A stretch of DNA of 17,367 bases from an uncultured Thermoplasmatales archaeon (GTDB lineage Archaea; Thermoplasmatota; E2; DHVEG-1), in NCBI GenBank assembly GCA_964646685.1, contig CAZYFW010000016.1:1-17367 (forward strand), written 5' to 3'. The position numbers and the translations under genes were made by a program. Shown here one piece after another: positions 1 to 8,538 of this stretch. Every line of letters starts with the position of its first letter. Positions within the stretch are counted from its first letter, which is position 1. The notes beneath the pieces were generated by a model, which worked only from the letters and a program-made list of their open reading frames with translations, was not told the DNA's origin and made no database searches.

Positions 1-477
1 CCTCTTAAATTTGACTAAAGATTTATTTGTGACAAATTCTTTTCAACTACTATTTTGTAATCTAATTAAATTCATATGTAATCTCAATTAATCTTTGGGT
101 ATAATATTTTTTAATTTTTAAGCAGCCCAGCAATTTAATAAATTGTTAATAATTAATCAAGTTATAAGTTTTATTAATGCAATTATTTAACCATTTTTTA
201 TTGGTTTATAAAATCTTATTCTTGACCTTTACCAATAAATCATAGAGATCATTATGCCAACATCGGCCTTGATAGATGCCTACATCTTTGAAGTATTGAT
301 CCCATGTGAAAATCATGATGACAAGATTTTATGTGCCAAAGCTAAAATTAAAACATATATTGCCCACCATATGTAAAATGGGATTTGGATTGGATTTGTG
401 TTCATTTCCCTCCCTCAAACAACAATCTCAAAACAAGTATTGGTTTATAAATCAATCTAAGGAACTAGAGGCGGTTA

Positions 478-699
478 TTAATTTCTATATTTTTTTAATG
501 CAGCTATTGTCGCATTTGTAAATAGAATCAATATGCCAACTATGCCTGCGTACATCACTATTGCTAAAAAAGAAAACCCTATCAGCACCGGAAAGCCTAT
601 CAGTGTTAAAACATAGGCAAAGAGAATTAAGCAAAGGGGCACTCCAAATATGTACCAATATAGCAATGCTGTTGTTTTTCTGATTTTTTCTTTCCCCAT
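478..699 (-). CDS. small hypothetical membrane protein (73 aa, two hydrophobic helices)
   Basis: ORF-track ORF ending in TAA. The sequence is dominated by two long hydrophobic stretches (LLYWYIFGVPLCLILFAYVLTLIGFPVLIGFSFLAIVMYAGIVGILILF) between basic ends. I recognise no family. Confidence 0.4.
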   Translation of the reverse strand: MGKEKIRKTTALLYWYIFGVPLCLILFAYVLTLIGFPVLIGFSFLAIVMYAGIVGILILFTNATIAALKKYRN

Positions 700-764
700 A
701 TCTTCACCCTCGCCCTATAATTTCAAAACAGCCATTCCTTTAAAAATCATATGCTTGACTTGAT

Positions 765-1508
765 TTAGTGAATGTCCTTTATTTTTCCTAGGGATGATCC
801 ATCTAGAAGATAAGTATGTGCATTTTCAACATCCATTATTTTACCAATTGGGCCATTAATACCTTGCGTGTTTGCTGCAACACCTCCGCAAAGAGGATTA
901 AATGCCGGCATCACAAGTATTTCAAAATCTGCAGCATCTGGGTATCTATCTTTCAGTTTATCGTTGATTGCATTCGTTTTAAGCCAACATGGTTCAAATG
1001 TCTTGTGTCCTAATCTATCCACAAGCATAATAACAGGGTGAGTGTGAGCAATAATTAACTGTTCACACTGCGTGAGTTTGCTACTGGGCCATCGATGTCC
1101 ATGGGTAAATCCGATATTCTCCGTAAAGTATCCTTGGGAAGGATGAATAATAACGTTTTCTGGTGATAACTTATGTATATTGCCGTCATGATTGCCAGGT
1201 AAAATATGAATGACGCCAAACGACTGTATCGTTCCAAGAAAATCTCTTACATCTTTTCTCTCTTCTATTGTTGAAGAAGGTATATTATGTTTAATATCTC
1301 CAAGTAATATGATTTCTTTCGGTTTGTATTTCTTGCAAAGAGAAACGACCTGATCTGTCATTGCTTTGGTCTGAGATGATGCGTTTATTCCATGTTCTCT
1401 CAATTCTTTTTCTATGCCAATATGTAAATCTGCAATTACAAGGATCTTTTTACTACTGATAAAAAGCGCCCTTTCGTTAGGAATCGGCTGTATTTCCAAA
1501 AGCTTCAT
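765..1508 (-). CDS. calcineurin-like metallophosphoesterase (archaeal MJ0037/TIGR00024-like)
   Basis: Ordered phosphoesterase motifs: VIADLHIG (DxH), LLGDIKH (GD), LPGNHDG (GNHD), FTHGH, AHTHP. Ends in TAA. Lies 25 nt downstream of nnr on the same strand. Confidence 0.85.
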   Translation of the reverse strand: MKLLEIQPIPNERALFISSKKILVIADLHIGIEKELREHGINASSQTKAMTDQVVSLCKKYKPKEIILLGDIKHNIPSSTIEERKDVRDFLGTIQSFGVIHILPGNHDGNIHKLSPENVIIHPSQGYFTENIGFTHGHRWPSSKLTQCEQLIIAHTHPVIMLVDRLGHKTFEPCWLKTNAINDKLKDRYPDAADFEILVMPAFNPLCGGVAANTQGINGPIGKIMDVENAHTYLLDGSSLGKIKDIH

Positions 1509-1533
1509 TTCTCACTCCAAGATAACTATAAAT

Positions 1534-3033
1534 TCATAAATACTTTTTCAGAACGTGCGGTATTTCCTCAATAAGGTCAGTAGCAATCAATCCATATGCT
1601 CGTTTATGAAACGCAGCATTTCCTGCAACTCCGTTGATAAATGCCCCCATCCTTGCGGCGTTAAATGGCTCCGCACCTTTTGATAATAAAGCACCAATAA
1701 TACCTGCGAGTACGTCTCCAGTTCCACCTACAGTCATTGCTTCATTGTGAATATCATTATATTTTGTTTCTTTTCCATTACTTATAACGTCAACATGCCC
1801 CTTCAATATAATTGTGGCACCAAGCTTTTCTGCCCATAATTCAACATTTTCTTTCCTTTCATCTAGATTATTGGATAGTTTGATACCTGTTAGCTCCTTG
1901 AATTCGCCCGTATGGGGTGTTAGCACTGCCTGTGAATTTTTAATTAAATGGGGGTTTTTTCCTATTACTTTTATCGCATCTGCATCTATTGTTATTGGTT
2001 TTTTATTTTTTACAAAAAGATTAACTATTTTTTCAACAGATTTTTTCACTTCGTCTTCTGACCCCAACCCCGGTCCAATCAACAAAGCATCAACCTTATC
2101 AATTAATTTTTCAATGATTTTGATATCATCACTTACAAGATGGTTTTCATCATTTAGTTCTTTAACAATAAGATTCGGTGAAAGCTTGGCGATATCCTTT
2201 GCAAGTCTAACCGGTTTAATAAGGGGAGAATAAGACGTAATTGCTCTTGCGACTTTTTTTGGAGTTGCAACAAACACCAGATCAACTCCTGTCCTCTGTG
2301 CAGCAAAACTTGAAAGCGCTGGTGCACCATAATATGGCCCACCACCAACAATTAAAAGCCTTCCATTTTCTCCCTTATGAGATTCTTTTTTAGGCTTTGG
2401 ATAATAAGTAGCTATCTCCCCAGGCCCAATGTAATCAATGGCCTTTTTTGGTATGCCAATATCAATGATCATTATATCGCCACTATTATTCTTATTCATT
2501 CCATCTTTTGTATCGTGGAAAGTAAGCGTAAACTTGGGTTTTATCGCAATTTTTGTTCCAAAACCTGTTGGTATATCAACAGCAATAACTGTTTTTTTTG
2601 TATCATTAATCTTCTGTACAATAGTGGCGTAAGGCTCCCTAAGATTTCCAGTCAATCCTATGCCTAACATTGCATCGATAATTATGTCATGTTTTGAGAG
2701 GAGACCATCTATTCTATTAAGATCAGACAGGTCATGGGTCTTAACCTTTAATTTCAAAAAATTCTCCTTCGAAATCTTTGTCTTTATCTCATTCTCTTTT
2801 CCAGTTAAGAATATGGTTGCCTTGTTACTCTTTGCCAGATAGCGTGCGGCTACAAATCCATCTCCACCATTATTCCCTGTTCCACAAAAGAGAAGGACGC
2901 TAATCTTAGAAGTGAAATGTTTCTTAATAAAATCGGCGACACCTTTTCCAGCGTTTTCCATTAATTGGCTAGCTGGAACGCCATAAAATTCTGAATTTTT
3001 GTCCAAAACCTTTATTTCTCTTCCTGAAATCAT
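1534..3033 (-). CDS. nnr: bifunctional NAD(P)H-hydrate repair enzyme (NAD(P)HX epimerase / ADP-dependent dehydratase)
   Basis: N-terminal YjeF_N signature (LLFCGTGNNGGDGFVAARYL). C-terminal carbohydrate-kinase domain (GENGRLLIVGGGPYYGAPALS, TPHTGEF, GGTGDVLAGIIGALL). 499 aa, ends in TGA. Confidence 0.9.
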   Translation of the reverse strand: MISGREIKVLDKNSEFYGVPASQLMENAGKGVADFIKKHFTSKISVLLFCGTGNNGGDGFVAARYLAKSNKATIFLTGKENEIKTKISKENFLKLKVKTHDLSDLNRIDGLLSKHDIIIDAMLGIGLTGNLREPYATIVQKINDTKKTVIAVDIPTGFGTKIAIKPKFTLTFHDTKDGMNKNNSGDIMIIDIGIPKKAIDYIGPGEIATYYPKPKKESHKGENGRLLIVGGGPYYGAPALSSFAAQRTGVDLVFVATPKKVARAITSYSPLIKPVRLAKDIAKLSPNLIVKELNDENHLVSDDIKIIEKLIDKVDALLIGPGLGSEDEVKKSVEKIVNLFVKNKKPITIDADAIKVIGKNPHLIKNSQAVLTPHTGEFKELTGIKLSNNLDERKENVELWAEKLGATIILKGHVDVISNGKETKYNDIHNEAMTVGGTGDVLAGIIGALLSKGAEPFNAARMGAFINGVAGNAAFHKRAYGLIATDLIEEIPHVLKKYL

Positions 3034-3102
3034 ACCAAAACGTATAACAACTTATAACCTATATATGCTTCGAAAGAACCGGACTATTGGAGGATATTGT
3101 TA

Positions 3103-3441
3103 ATGATGCCTGGTCGTATGAATCCAAAACAAATGAGTCAAATGATGAAGAGATTTGGCATTAATGTAAAAGAGATAGAAAACGTCGAAAAAGTCATTAT
3201 TCAGACTGATACCAAAGAATATGTGTTTGAAAATGCGGAAGTTACGATCATGGATGCCCAAGGACAAAAAACCTATCAGATTTCTGGAAAGCCACGCATT
3301 GTTGAACGAGAGGAAGAGATTCCACAATCAGATATTGATTTGGTTGTAGAACAAACCGGTAAAACGGCCGCTGAGGCAAAAAAGGCATTAGAAGAGACAA
3401 AAGGAGATATTGCTCAGGCAATCCTAAAACTCAGTGAGTAA
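3103..3441 (+). CDS. nac: nascent polypeptide-associated complex protein (archaeal NAC alpha, NAC + UBA domains)
   Basis: MMPGRMNPKQMSQMMKRFGI start and the NAC beta-barrel region are typical of archaeal NAC. The C-terminal UBA-like segment is TGKTAAEAKKALEETKGDIAQAILKL. GGAGGA at 3089..3094 lies 8 nt before ATG 3103; the ORF track opens at TTG 3097. Confidence 0.9.
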   Translation: MMPGRMNPKQMSQMMKRFGINVKEIENVEKVIIQTDTKEYVFENAEVTIMDAQGQKTYQISGKPRIVEREEEIPQSDIDLVVEQTGKTAAEAKKALEETKGDIAQAILKLSE

Positions 3442-3546
3442 TATTCTATATATTTTGGTAGAAATAGAGTTTTTAGAACTACTATCAATAGTAATACATT
3501 CCCCATTTCCATACATAAATCTTGAGAAATTTAATATTTTTAAGAA

Positions 3547-3571
3547 GAAAACATATGACATATATGTTTTC
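3547..3571. promoter_or_regulatory. perfect 10-bp inverted repeat GAAAACATAT-N5-ATATGTTTTC in the NAC / wHTH-gene intergenic region
   Basis: Read directly: arms at 3547..3556 and 3562..3571 are exact reverse complements. It lies about 130 nt upstream of ATG 3700 and is followed by TATA-like TTTTTATATCTATAAT. The function (operator or RNA hairpin) is not established. Confidence 0.3.
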
Positions 3572-3699
3572 ATATATATTTTTATATCTATAATGTGCCT
3601 TTTTATGTTATAATATGCAAAACGTCATTCCAATATCTATTTATATTATCTGCGACCATATTTGGAACATAAGAGAAAACAAAGATAGGTAAAATCGGT

Positions 3700-4917
3700 A
3701 TGAATATTCTTAGGCGAAGTATAAAAACATCCATATTTTCGTTAGTTGTGTTAATTGCAATTATGATGATGTTTTTTTTGGATTGTTCTTGTGTTGCAAC
3801 TTCTGATACAGATATTGCTTCAAATGAAAGCACTAGTCTAGATGATGTAGCAAAAAATTTGTCAACTTTTACTAATACAACCCAACGATTGTATCCTACA
3901 AATGATATTACAATAATCACTCCTGATGGGAGTACAATGACAGATCTTTCCACCACCTCTGTAAATGTTCAAGTGAACGATAAAACCAGAATAATATATT
4001 TTTCGAATACTACAGATGCTTTTTCAAATATCGACTTCCGTAAGTCTATAGATGGTTTAGACGACTTCAACTTATATATTGATTTTACTAATTATGATGC
4101 TGCGTCAGATCTCGATTTGATTATTGCAAACTATACCATCGATTGGGGAAATGGTGATATTTCTACTGGTAGGAATGTCCCTATATCAACGTTATCTTAT
4201 ACATACAAAAAAGAGGGAAAATATCCTGTGACTGTAAGATTGACTGATACTGATGGGATAACCTATGCCTTTCTAAATAATCAAAGTTTTAAGCTTACTA
4301 CCGGACAATTTGTAACACTTTGGGTGGATGAAAATAAGGAAACGGTCGCAATCAGTTCTGCTGCTGGAGCAGGCGGAGTTGCCATCCTTGGTTTTGCACT
4401 TACAGAAGCTGGAAAGTACAAACTATTGACTCTTCTCCCTTTGCTTATCCCGCTCTACACTCGTATTCAAAAGGAAGATGTACTTGACCAATTTGTCCGT
4501 GGGGAGATATATGGCTACATAAAAGCAAATCCAGGTGTACATTATAATCAGATTATTCGAGAACTTGATGTAAAAAACGGTACATTATCTTACCACCTCC
4601 ACATGTTGGAGAAGACGGGCATGGTCAAATCGAGGAAGGAAGGATTAAGATATCGAGTATTTTACCCAACTGGAATAAAGTTCCCGAAGGAAGAGAGATA
4701 TCGATTAACTGAACTCCAGATGAGTATTATCAAGATGATAAAGGAAAATGAAGGAATTAGTCAGAAAGAGATCGCTCGAGCTTTAAATGTGAAACATCAG
4801 ACAGTAAGCTATAATATGAAGGTGCTGCAACAAGCTGGTTTCATCCGTCTACGAAAAAAGGGGAGAACAACTAGTTGCTATATCATTGAAGATGGATATA
4901 GCGATCAGGCCGTTTAA
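3700..4917 (+). CDS. membrane-anchored transcriptional regulator: signal/anchor, extracytoplasmic PKD-like domain, TM helix, two cytoplasmic winged-helix HTH domains
   Basis: N-terminal hydrophobic anchor (IFSLVVLIAIMMMFFL). PKD signature (IDWGNGDIS...LSYTYKKEGKYPVTVRLTDTDG). Central TM (VAISSAAGAGGVAILGFAL). Two ArsR/MarR-like wHTH units (YGYIKANPGVHYNQIIRELDVKNGTLSYHLHMLEKTGMVKSRKEG; IIKMIKENEGISQKEIARALNVKHQTVSYNMKVLQQAGFIRLRKKG). Ends TAA then TGA. Confidence 0.75.
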   Translation: MNILRRSIKTSIFSLVVLIAIMMMFFLDCSCVATSDTDIASNESTSLDDVAKNLSTFTNTTQRLYPTNDITIITPDGSTMTDLSTTSVNVQVNDKTRIIYFSNTTDAFSNIDFRKSIDGLDDFNLYIDFTNYDAASDLDLIIANYTIDWGNGDISTGRNVPISTLSYTYKKEGKYPVTVRLTDTDGITYAFLNNQSFKLTTGQFVTLWVDENKETVAISSAAGAGGVAILGFALTEAGKYKLLTLLPLLIPLYTRIQKEDVLDQFVRGEIYGYIKANPGVHYNQIIRELDVKNGTLSYHLHMLEKTGMVKSRKEGLRYRVFYPTGIKFPKEERYRLTELQMSIIKMIKENEGISQKEIARALNVKHQTVSYNMKVLQQAGFIRLRKKGRTTSCYIIEDGYSDQAV

Positions 4918-4931
4918 TGAAGAATAATGGA

Positions 4932-4946
4932 TTTTTTTTTGTTTTT
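4932..4946 (+). terminator. oligo-T archaeal-type terminator after the wHTH gene
   Basis: T9-G-T5 run starting 15 nt after the stop codon. Oligo-T tracts are the known archaeal termination signal. Confidence 0.45.
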
Positions 4947-5167
4947 AGTTGTATCCTATCTCTTCCTACATGCAAAAGGATGTACCGTAATCTTTAAGTA
5001 ACAGGCAAAAAGACGCTCCAAAGGGAGTATATAAACTCCAGATCACAGTATTTTGTGTCCAAGAGTAAGAACTTGGATGGGAAGTTTGAAAATATGAAAA
5101 AGAAAATGTATCCTCATGCCACCGATGATGCTAAGTCACAGAAAGAACAGGTGGAGGAGGTGTGATA

Positions 5168-5743
5168 ATGAGAAAGGCAATAACAATATTGGCAGTTAGT
5201 ATATTGATGGGAACATTATTGATCGGTGCTGTGGTCGGCCAAAAAGATTCTAATATGTTCAATTCACAGGTACAAAAAGGGGTACAGTTAACATATCCCG
5301 ATATTGCCAGCAAGGCTCTTACCTACAGAGGAGAATTGGTAAAATTTAATTTGAATGTAGAAAACTTTGGAGGCTATGAGATCAAAGTTAATGTTGATAA
5401 AGAAGTTTCAGGAGATACTGGCTATTTCGTTACTTGGTTGGACAAAAAAGGATTTACAATTGACCCTTGGGAGAGCAGTAGTAAATTCAATCTATATGTT
5501 TTAGCCAGGTTTAAACCAGAACCAGGCAGGGTAGAAGAAATTGATATAACTGTTACTATTAGGAGCGGAATCTACTTTGACAGTATGACATTTCATGTAG
5601 AATTGGCAGATGACGATGTTGATGACGACTTGCATAATTCTTGTCCAAGTGGTGACTTATCACCGACTCCCGAACTTTGTTCAGCAGATTTTCATGTAAG
5701 CTCAAACGTTGCGACCGTATCTGCTCAAAAGGCATTTAGTTAA
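5168..5743 (+). CDS. secreted hypothetical protein (signal peptide, beta-rich Ig/CARDB-like body, acidic Cys-containing tail)
   Basis: Signal-like N-terminus MRKAITILAVSILMGTLLIGAVVG. GGAGGAGG at 5153..5160 lies 7 nt before ATG 5168; the ORF track opens at GTG 5162. Alternating beta-strand pattern (ELVKFNLNVENFGGYEIKVNV). Tail DDDVDDD...C...C. No family assigned with certainty. Confidence 0.6.
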   Translation: MRKAITILAVSILMGTLLIGAVVGQKDSNMFNSQVQKGVQLTYPDIASKALTYRGELVKFNLNVENFGGYEIKVNVDKEVSGDTGYFVTWLDKKGFTIDPWESSSKFNLYVLARFKPEPGRVEEIDITVTIRSGIYFDSMTFHVELADDDVDDDLHNSCPSGDLSPTPELCSADFHVSSNVATVSAQKAFS

Positions 5744-5767
5744 AATATGCGAATCTTTCATCTCCCC

Positions 5768-5782
5768 TCTTTTTTCTTTTTT
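5768..5782 (+). terminator. oligo-T terminator after the secreted-protein gene
   Basis: CTCTTTTTTCTTTTTT (two T6 runs) about 25 nt after stop codon 5741..5743. Confidence 0.4.
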
Positions 5783-5880
5783 AATTTCATACCTGGCAGG
5801 TTTTTTCATTCGGCTTTTTCCGAACGTTTTCCAGGCTTATAAATAGTAAGTTGAGTAATAATGTTCACTTAGTGATTTAA

Positions 5881-7149
5881 ATGAATAAACTAAAAACACT
5901 AGCAATACTACTCGCACTGGTCATTGTTTTCACCGGTGTCTACGCAGGTGCCAACTATAGCGGACTAACAAACCATGACCTAATTAAGGCTCAATCGACC
6001 CATAAGTTAAGTAATTGTTCCATCGCAGGATCAATATGCGAACTGTCATTTGAGCTTTATAAAGGACTGTTAAAAAATGGTGATGAAAACATTTTCTTTT
6101 CGCCCTATAGTATTTTCATAGCTCTTGCAATGACTTATGAAGGTGCAAGTGGGCAAACAGCTGAAGAAATGATGGAAGTATTAAATATTCCACAAAATAA
6201 TGAAACTGTTTTAGAATCGGTAAAGACGCTTCATGGTTATCTAAATAAGAACGATAAATTTACAATAAGTACAGCTAATGCTCTTTGGATAAGAGATAAT
6301 CTTGATCTCTTAATTAATTATTCAAACATCATTCAGGAATATTACGGAGGTCATGCTTCCAAAATCGATGTTTCTAAACCTGAAGAAACCGCACAGATGA
6401 TAAATGACTGGGTAGAGGAACAAACAAAGGGAAAAATTACTGACTAAATTAAAAAAGAAGATATCATTGGTTTAACTGCATTAATTCTTACTAATGCCAT
6501 TTACTTCAAAGCCGACTGGAAAGTTCAATTTAATCCAGATGAGACAAAGGAACAAGAGTTTGAATTGGAAAGTGGTGAGAAAATCATGGTTCCTACAATG
6601 TGTCTTGAAGGTTCTGAAGAATTGTTTTATTACACGGAAAATGAGGAATTACAGATACTTGAATTGCCTTATGCAGGTGAAGAGCTTTCTATGCTTGTTT
6701 TGCTTCCGAAGCAAAAAAGTATTGCAGAAATTGTAGAATCATTATCATTTGGGTCTTTGTCAGAGTTGAAAGAATCAATGTATGAGACAAACATTAACAT
6801 TCGCCTTCCTAAGTTTAAACTTGAAACAGAATATGAATTAAACGAACCATTGAAGCGGATGGGCATGCCAAGTGCGTTTACCCGATATGATTTCACTGGT
6901 ATGTGTTATTGGTCTGGCAATCCAGATGCAATAGATCCCCTTAAAATTGATAAAGTGATTCATAAAGCGTTTATCGAGGTAAATGAGGAAGGAACAGAAG
7001 CTGCTGCTGCAACAGCTGTAATCATGGTTGACTATTGTATGCATAGTTCTTCGGAGTTTTTTGCTGATCATCCATTCCTGTTTATAATTCAGCATATAGA
7101 AACAGGTACCGTTCTTTTCATGGGAAGCGTCGGTAACCCCTTATCTTAA
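5881..7149 (+). pseudogene. serpin (serine protease inhibitor) interrupted by a single in-frame TAA at 6445..6447
   Basis: ORFs 5881..6447 and 6565..7149 are in the same frame. The 117 nt between them are open and encode conserved serpin sequence ([24 protein letters not shown]). Other serpin hallmarks: FFSPYSIFIALAMTYEGASGQT, hinge/[26 protein letters not shown]-terminal hydrophobic anchor MNKLKTLAILLALVIVFTGVYAGA. Read through, it would be about 421 aa. Confidence 0.85.
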
Positions 7150-8367
7150 AATCTCTTTTTTTCTTTTTTGACACGATATCGTACATATTTCACAATCTTT
7201 GCCACAGGGTTCAAAGTGGATATCCACATCACAGGGGCCGTATTCTTTTTGAAGATTTGATTCTAATCTATGGCATAATTCATGTGAATCCTGTGTTGGC
7301 ATATCTTTATCCACAATAAGATGCATTTTTAAATCGTCATTTTCTATTCCGCGGATAATTTGGATTTTATGGAAAGATATGATTTCTTTTTGTTTATTCA
7401 AGATGGTTTCGATAATTCTTTTTCTTGTTTTCATATCTATATGCACCTCTTTTGGCTCTAGATGAATAATAGTAGAAAAACGTGTCTTTTCCTGAATTCT
7501 TTTCTCAAGTGCATCAGCAATAGCATGCGCTCTATCAAGGGTTAGATTACTGTCCACTTCAGCGTGGAGTGTAATAACTTTGGTTGTTCCATAATCATGT
7601 AAAGATATCTTGTGTATGCCTTTTACACCATCTGTTGATTTTGCCAAGATTTCGATTCTTTCTACTGTTTTTTTGTCAAGTGATTGTCCCATTAGGAAGT
7701 TAGATGAAGTTCTGATGAGAGTTATTCCCACATAAATGATTATTACAGAAACAACTATTCCAAAAATCGGATCTAAAATAGGAAACCCGTACCTTGAACC
7801 AATAATACTTATTGCCACTCCAATTGAAGAAATTGCATCGCTTCTATGGTGCCAGGCATCTGCACTTAATACATCACTCTTAATCCTTTTTGATATGATA
7901 AAGGAAAAACGTGCCATTATTTCTTTCACTACTGCAGACATGAGGACAATTACACTGATAACTAGTGCATATTCTTGGTGAGCAATTGTCTGCGGATCAA
8001 TGATTCTTCCTATGGATTGTTGAATAAAATTGAAGCCAGTCATAATTAGCAATACTGCAATGATCAATGTTGCGATGTGTTCAGCTCTGCCGTGTCCAAA
8101 AGGATGTTCTTCATCCGGTTGTTTTTTTGCTATCCGAAATCCTAAGATGACAACCCCTGAGGTGGAAACATCTGATAGTGAATGAAAACTGTCTGTAATC
8201 AGTGCGATGCTATTGATAAATAATCCCAAGAATAATTTTAAAAGAAATAGCGCAGTATTTCCAAGAATACTTACCGTGGCTTCCAGATATCCATATTTAG
8301 TTCGTACTACAGGGTCTTTAGTGTCTCCATAATCTGGGATAATAAATGATTGAGCTGCTTTTGCCAT
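7141..8367 (-). CDS. cation diffusion facilitator (CDF) family metal efflux transporter with an extra C-terminal domain and Cys4 tail
   Basis: CDF TM2/TM5 metal-site motifs ([10 protein letters not shown]; [10 protein letters not shown]) and the HPFGHGRAE loop. First cytoplasmic domain ([25 protein letters not shown]...IIHLEP). An additional similar unit follows ([24 protein letters not shown]...VDIHFEP), then [12 protein letters not shown]. Overlaps the serpin 3' end by 9 bp (convergent). Confidence 0.9.
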   Translation of the reverse strand: MAKAAQSFIIPDYGDTKDPVVRTKYGYLEATVSILGNTALFLLKLFLGLFINSIALITDSFHSLSDVSTSGVVILGFRIAKKQPDEEHPFGHGRAEHIATLIIAVLLIMTGFNFIQQSIGRIIDPQTIAHQEYALVISVIVLMSAVVKEIMARFSFIISKRIKSDVLSADAWHHRSDAISSIGVAISIIGSRYGFPILDPIFGIVVSVIIIYVGITLIRTSSNFLMGQSLDKKTVERIEILAKSTDGVKGIHKISLHDYGTTKVITLHAEVDSNLTLDRAHAIADALEKRIQEKTRFSTIIHLEPKEVHIDMKTRKRIIETILNKQKEIISFHKIQIIRGIENDDLKMHLIVDKDMPTQDSHELCHRLESNLQKEYGPCDVDIHFEPCGKDCEICTISCQKRKKEILR

Positions 8368-8454
8368 AATTAATGGTGGAAGCTGCTTTAAAGATATAGG
8401 TTTTTTGATTTAGTTGGGAGAATAACATGTTAGATTTTTTCTTATTAGGCTGTA

Positions 8455-8529
8455 TGCTCCCGACGGGATTCGAACCCGTGTAGCTAGCTCGAAAGGCTAG
8501 AATGATTGGCCGGACTACACCACGGGAGC
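8455..8529 (-). tRNA. tRNA-Glu (anticodon UUC)
   Basis: Reverse complement folds as GCTCCCG/CGGGAGC acceptor, anticodon arm CTAGC-CTTTCGA-GCTAG, T arm ACGGG-TTCGAAT-CCCGT, discriminator A. No encoded CCA. Confidence 0.9.
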
Positions 8530-8538
8530 AATTTTTAG

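Noticed and set aside
314-320. ATGATGA C-box-like motif as the start of a C/D box sRNA
   Set aside because: No CTGA D box or C'/D' arrangement follows within the expected 50-70 nt.
306-521. 71-aa ORF in the left intergenic region
   Set aside because: It overlaps the 3' end of the more plausible membrane-protein ORF on the opposite strand. It has no SD and no recognisable features.
1814-2233. Long ORFs antisense to or nested in confirmed genes: 816..1013, 1055..1237, 1814..2233, 2154..2351, 2377..2842, 3100..3327, 3603..3956, 6669..7095, 7736..7981, 8888..9121, 9765..9974, 10864..11049, 11169..11888, 12082..12333, 12420..12746, 12897..13388, 14327..14666, 15047..15238, 16048..16542
   Set aside because: All overlap ORFs that have strong family signatures on the other strand or frame. 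Their translations are low-complexity with no recognisable motifs, as expected for shadow ORFs in AT-rich DNA.
5094-5165. 23-codon upstream ORF (MKKKMYPHATDDAKSQKEQVEEV) ending within the start region of the secreted-protein gene
   Set aside because: It is too short to evaluate and has no SD. It could be a leader peptide, but nothing in the sequence supports that beyond its position.
6445-6447. Genome-wide UAA reassignment (for example UAA=Gln), linking the in-frame TAA in the serpin to the nearby Gln-like tRNA and GlnRS
   Set aside because: TAA is the terminator of 12 of the 16 genes called here, with 3 TAG and 1 TGA. It ends them at positions where homologues end (GlnRS, NAC, PiT, CDF). 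The interrupted serpin position is conserved hydrophobic (Leu/Val), not Gln, which fits a TTA>TAA nonsense change.
6494-6736. 80-aa ORF inside the serpin locus as a separate gene
   Set aside because: It is out of frame with the serpin, whose own frame stays open and conserved across this interval. Its translation is basic and low-complexity.
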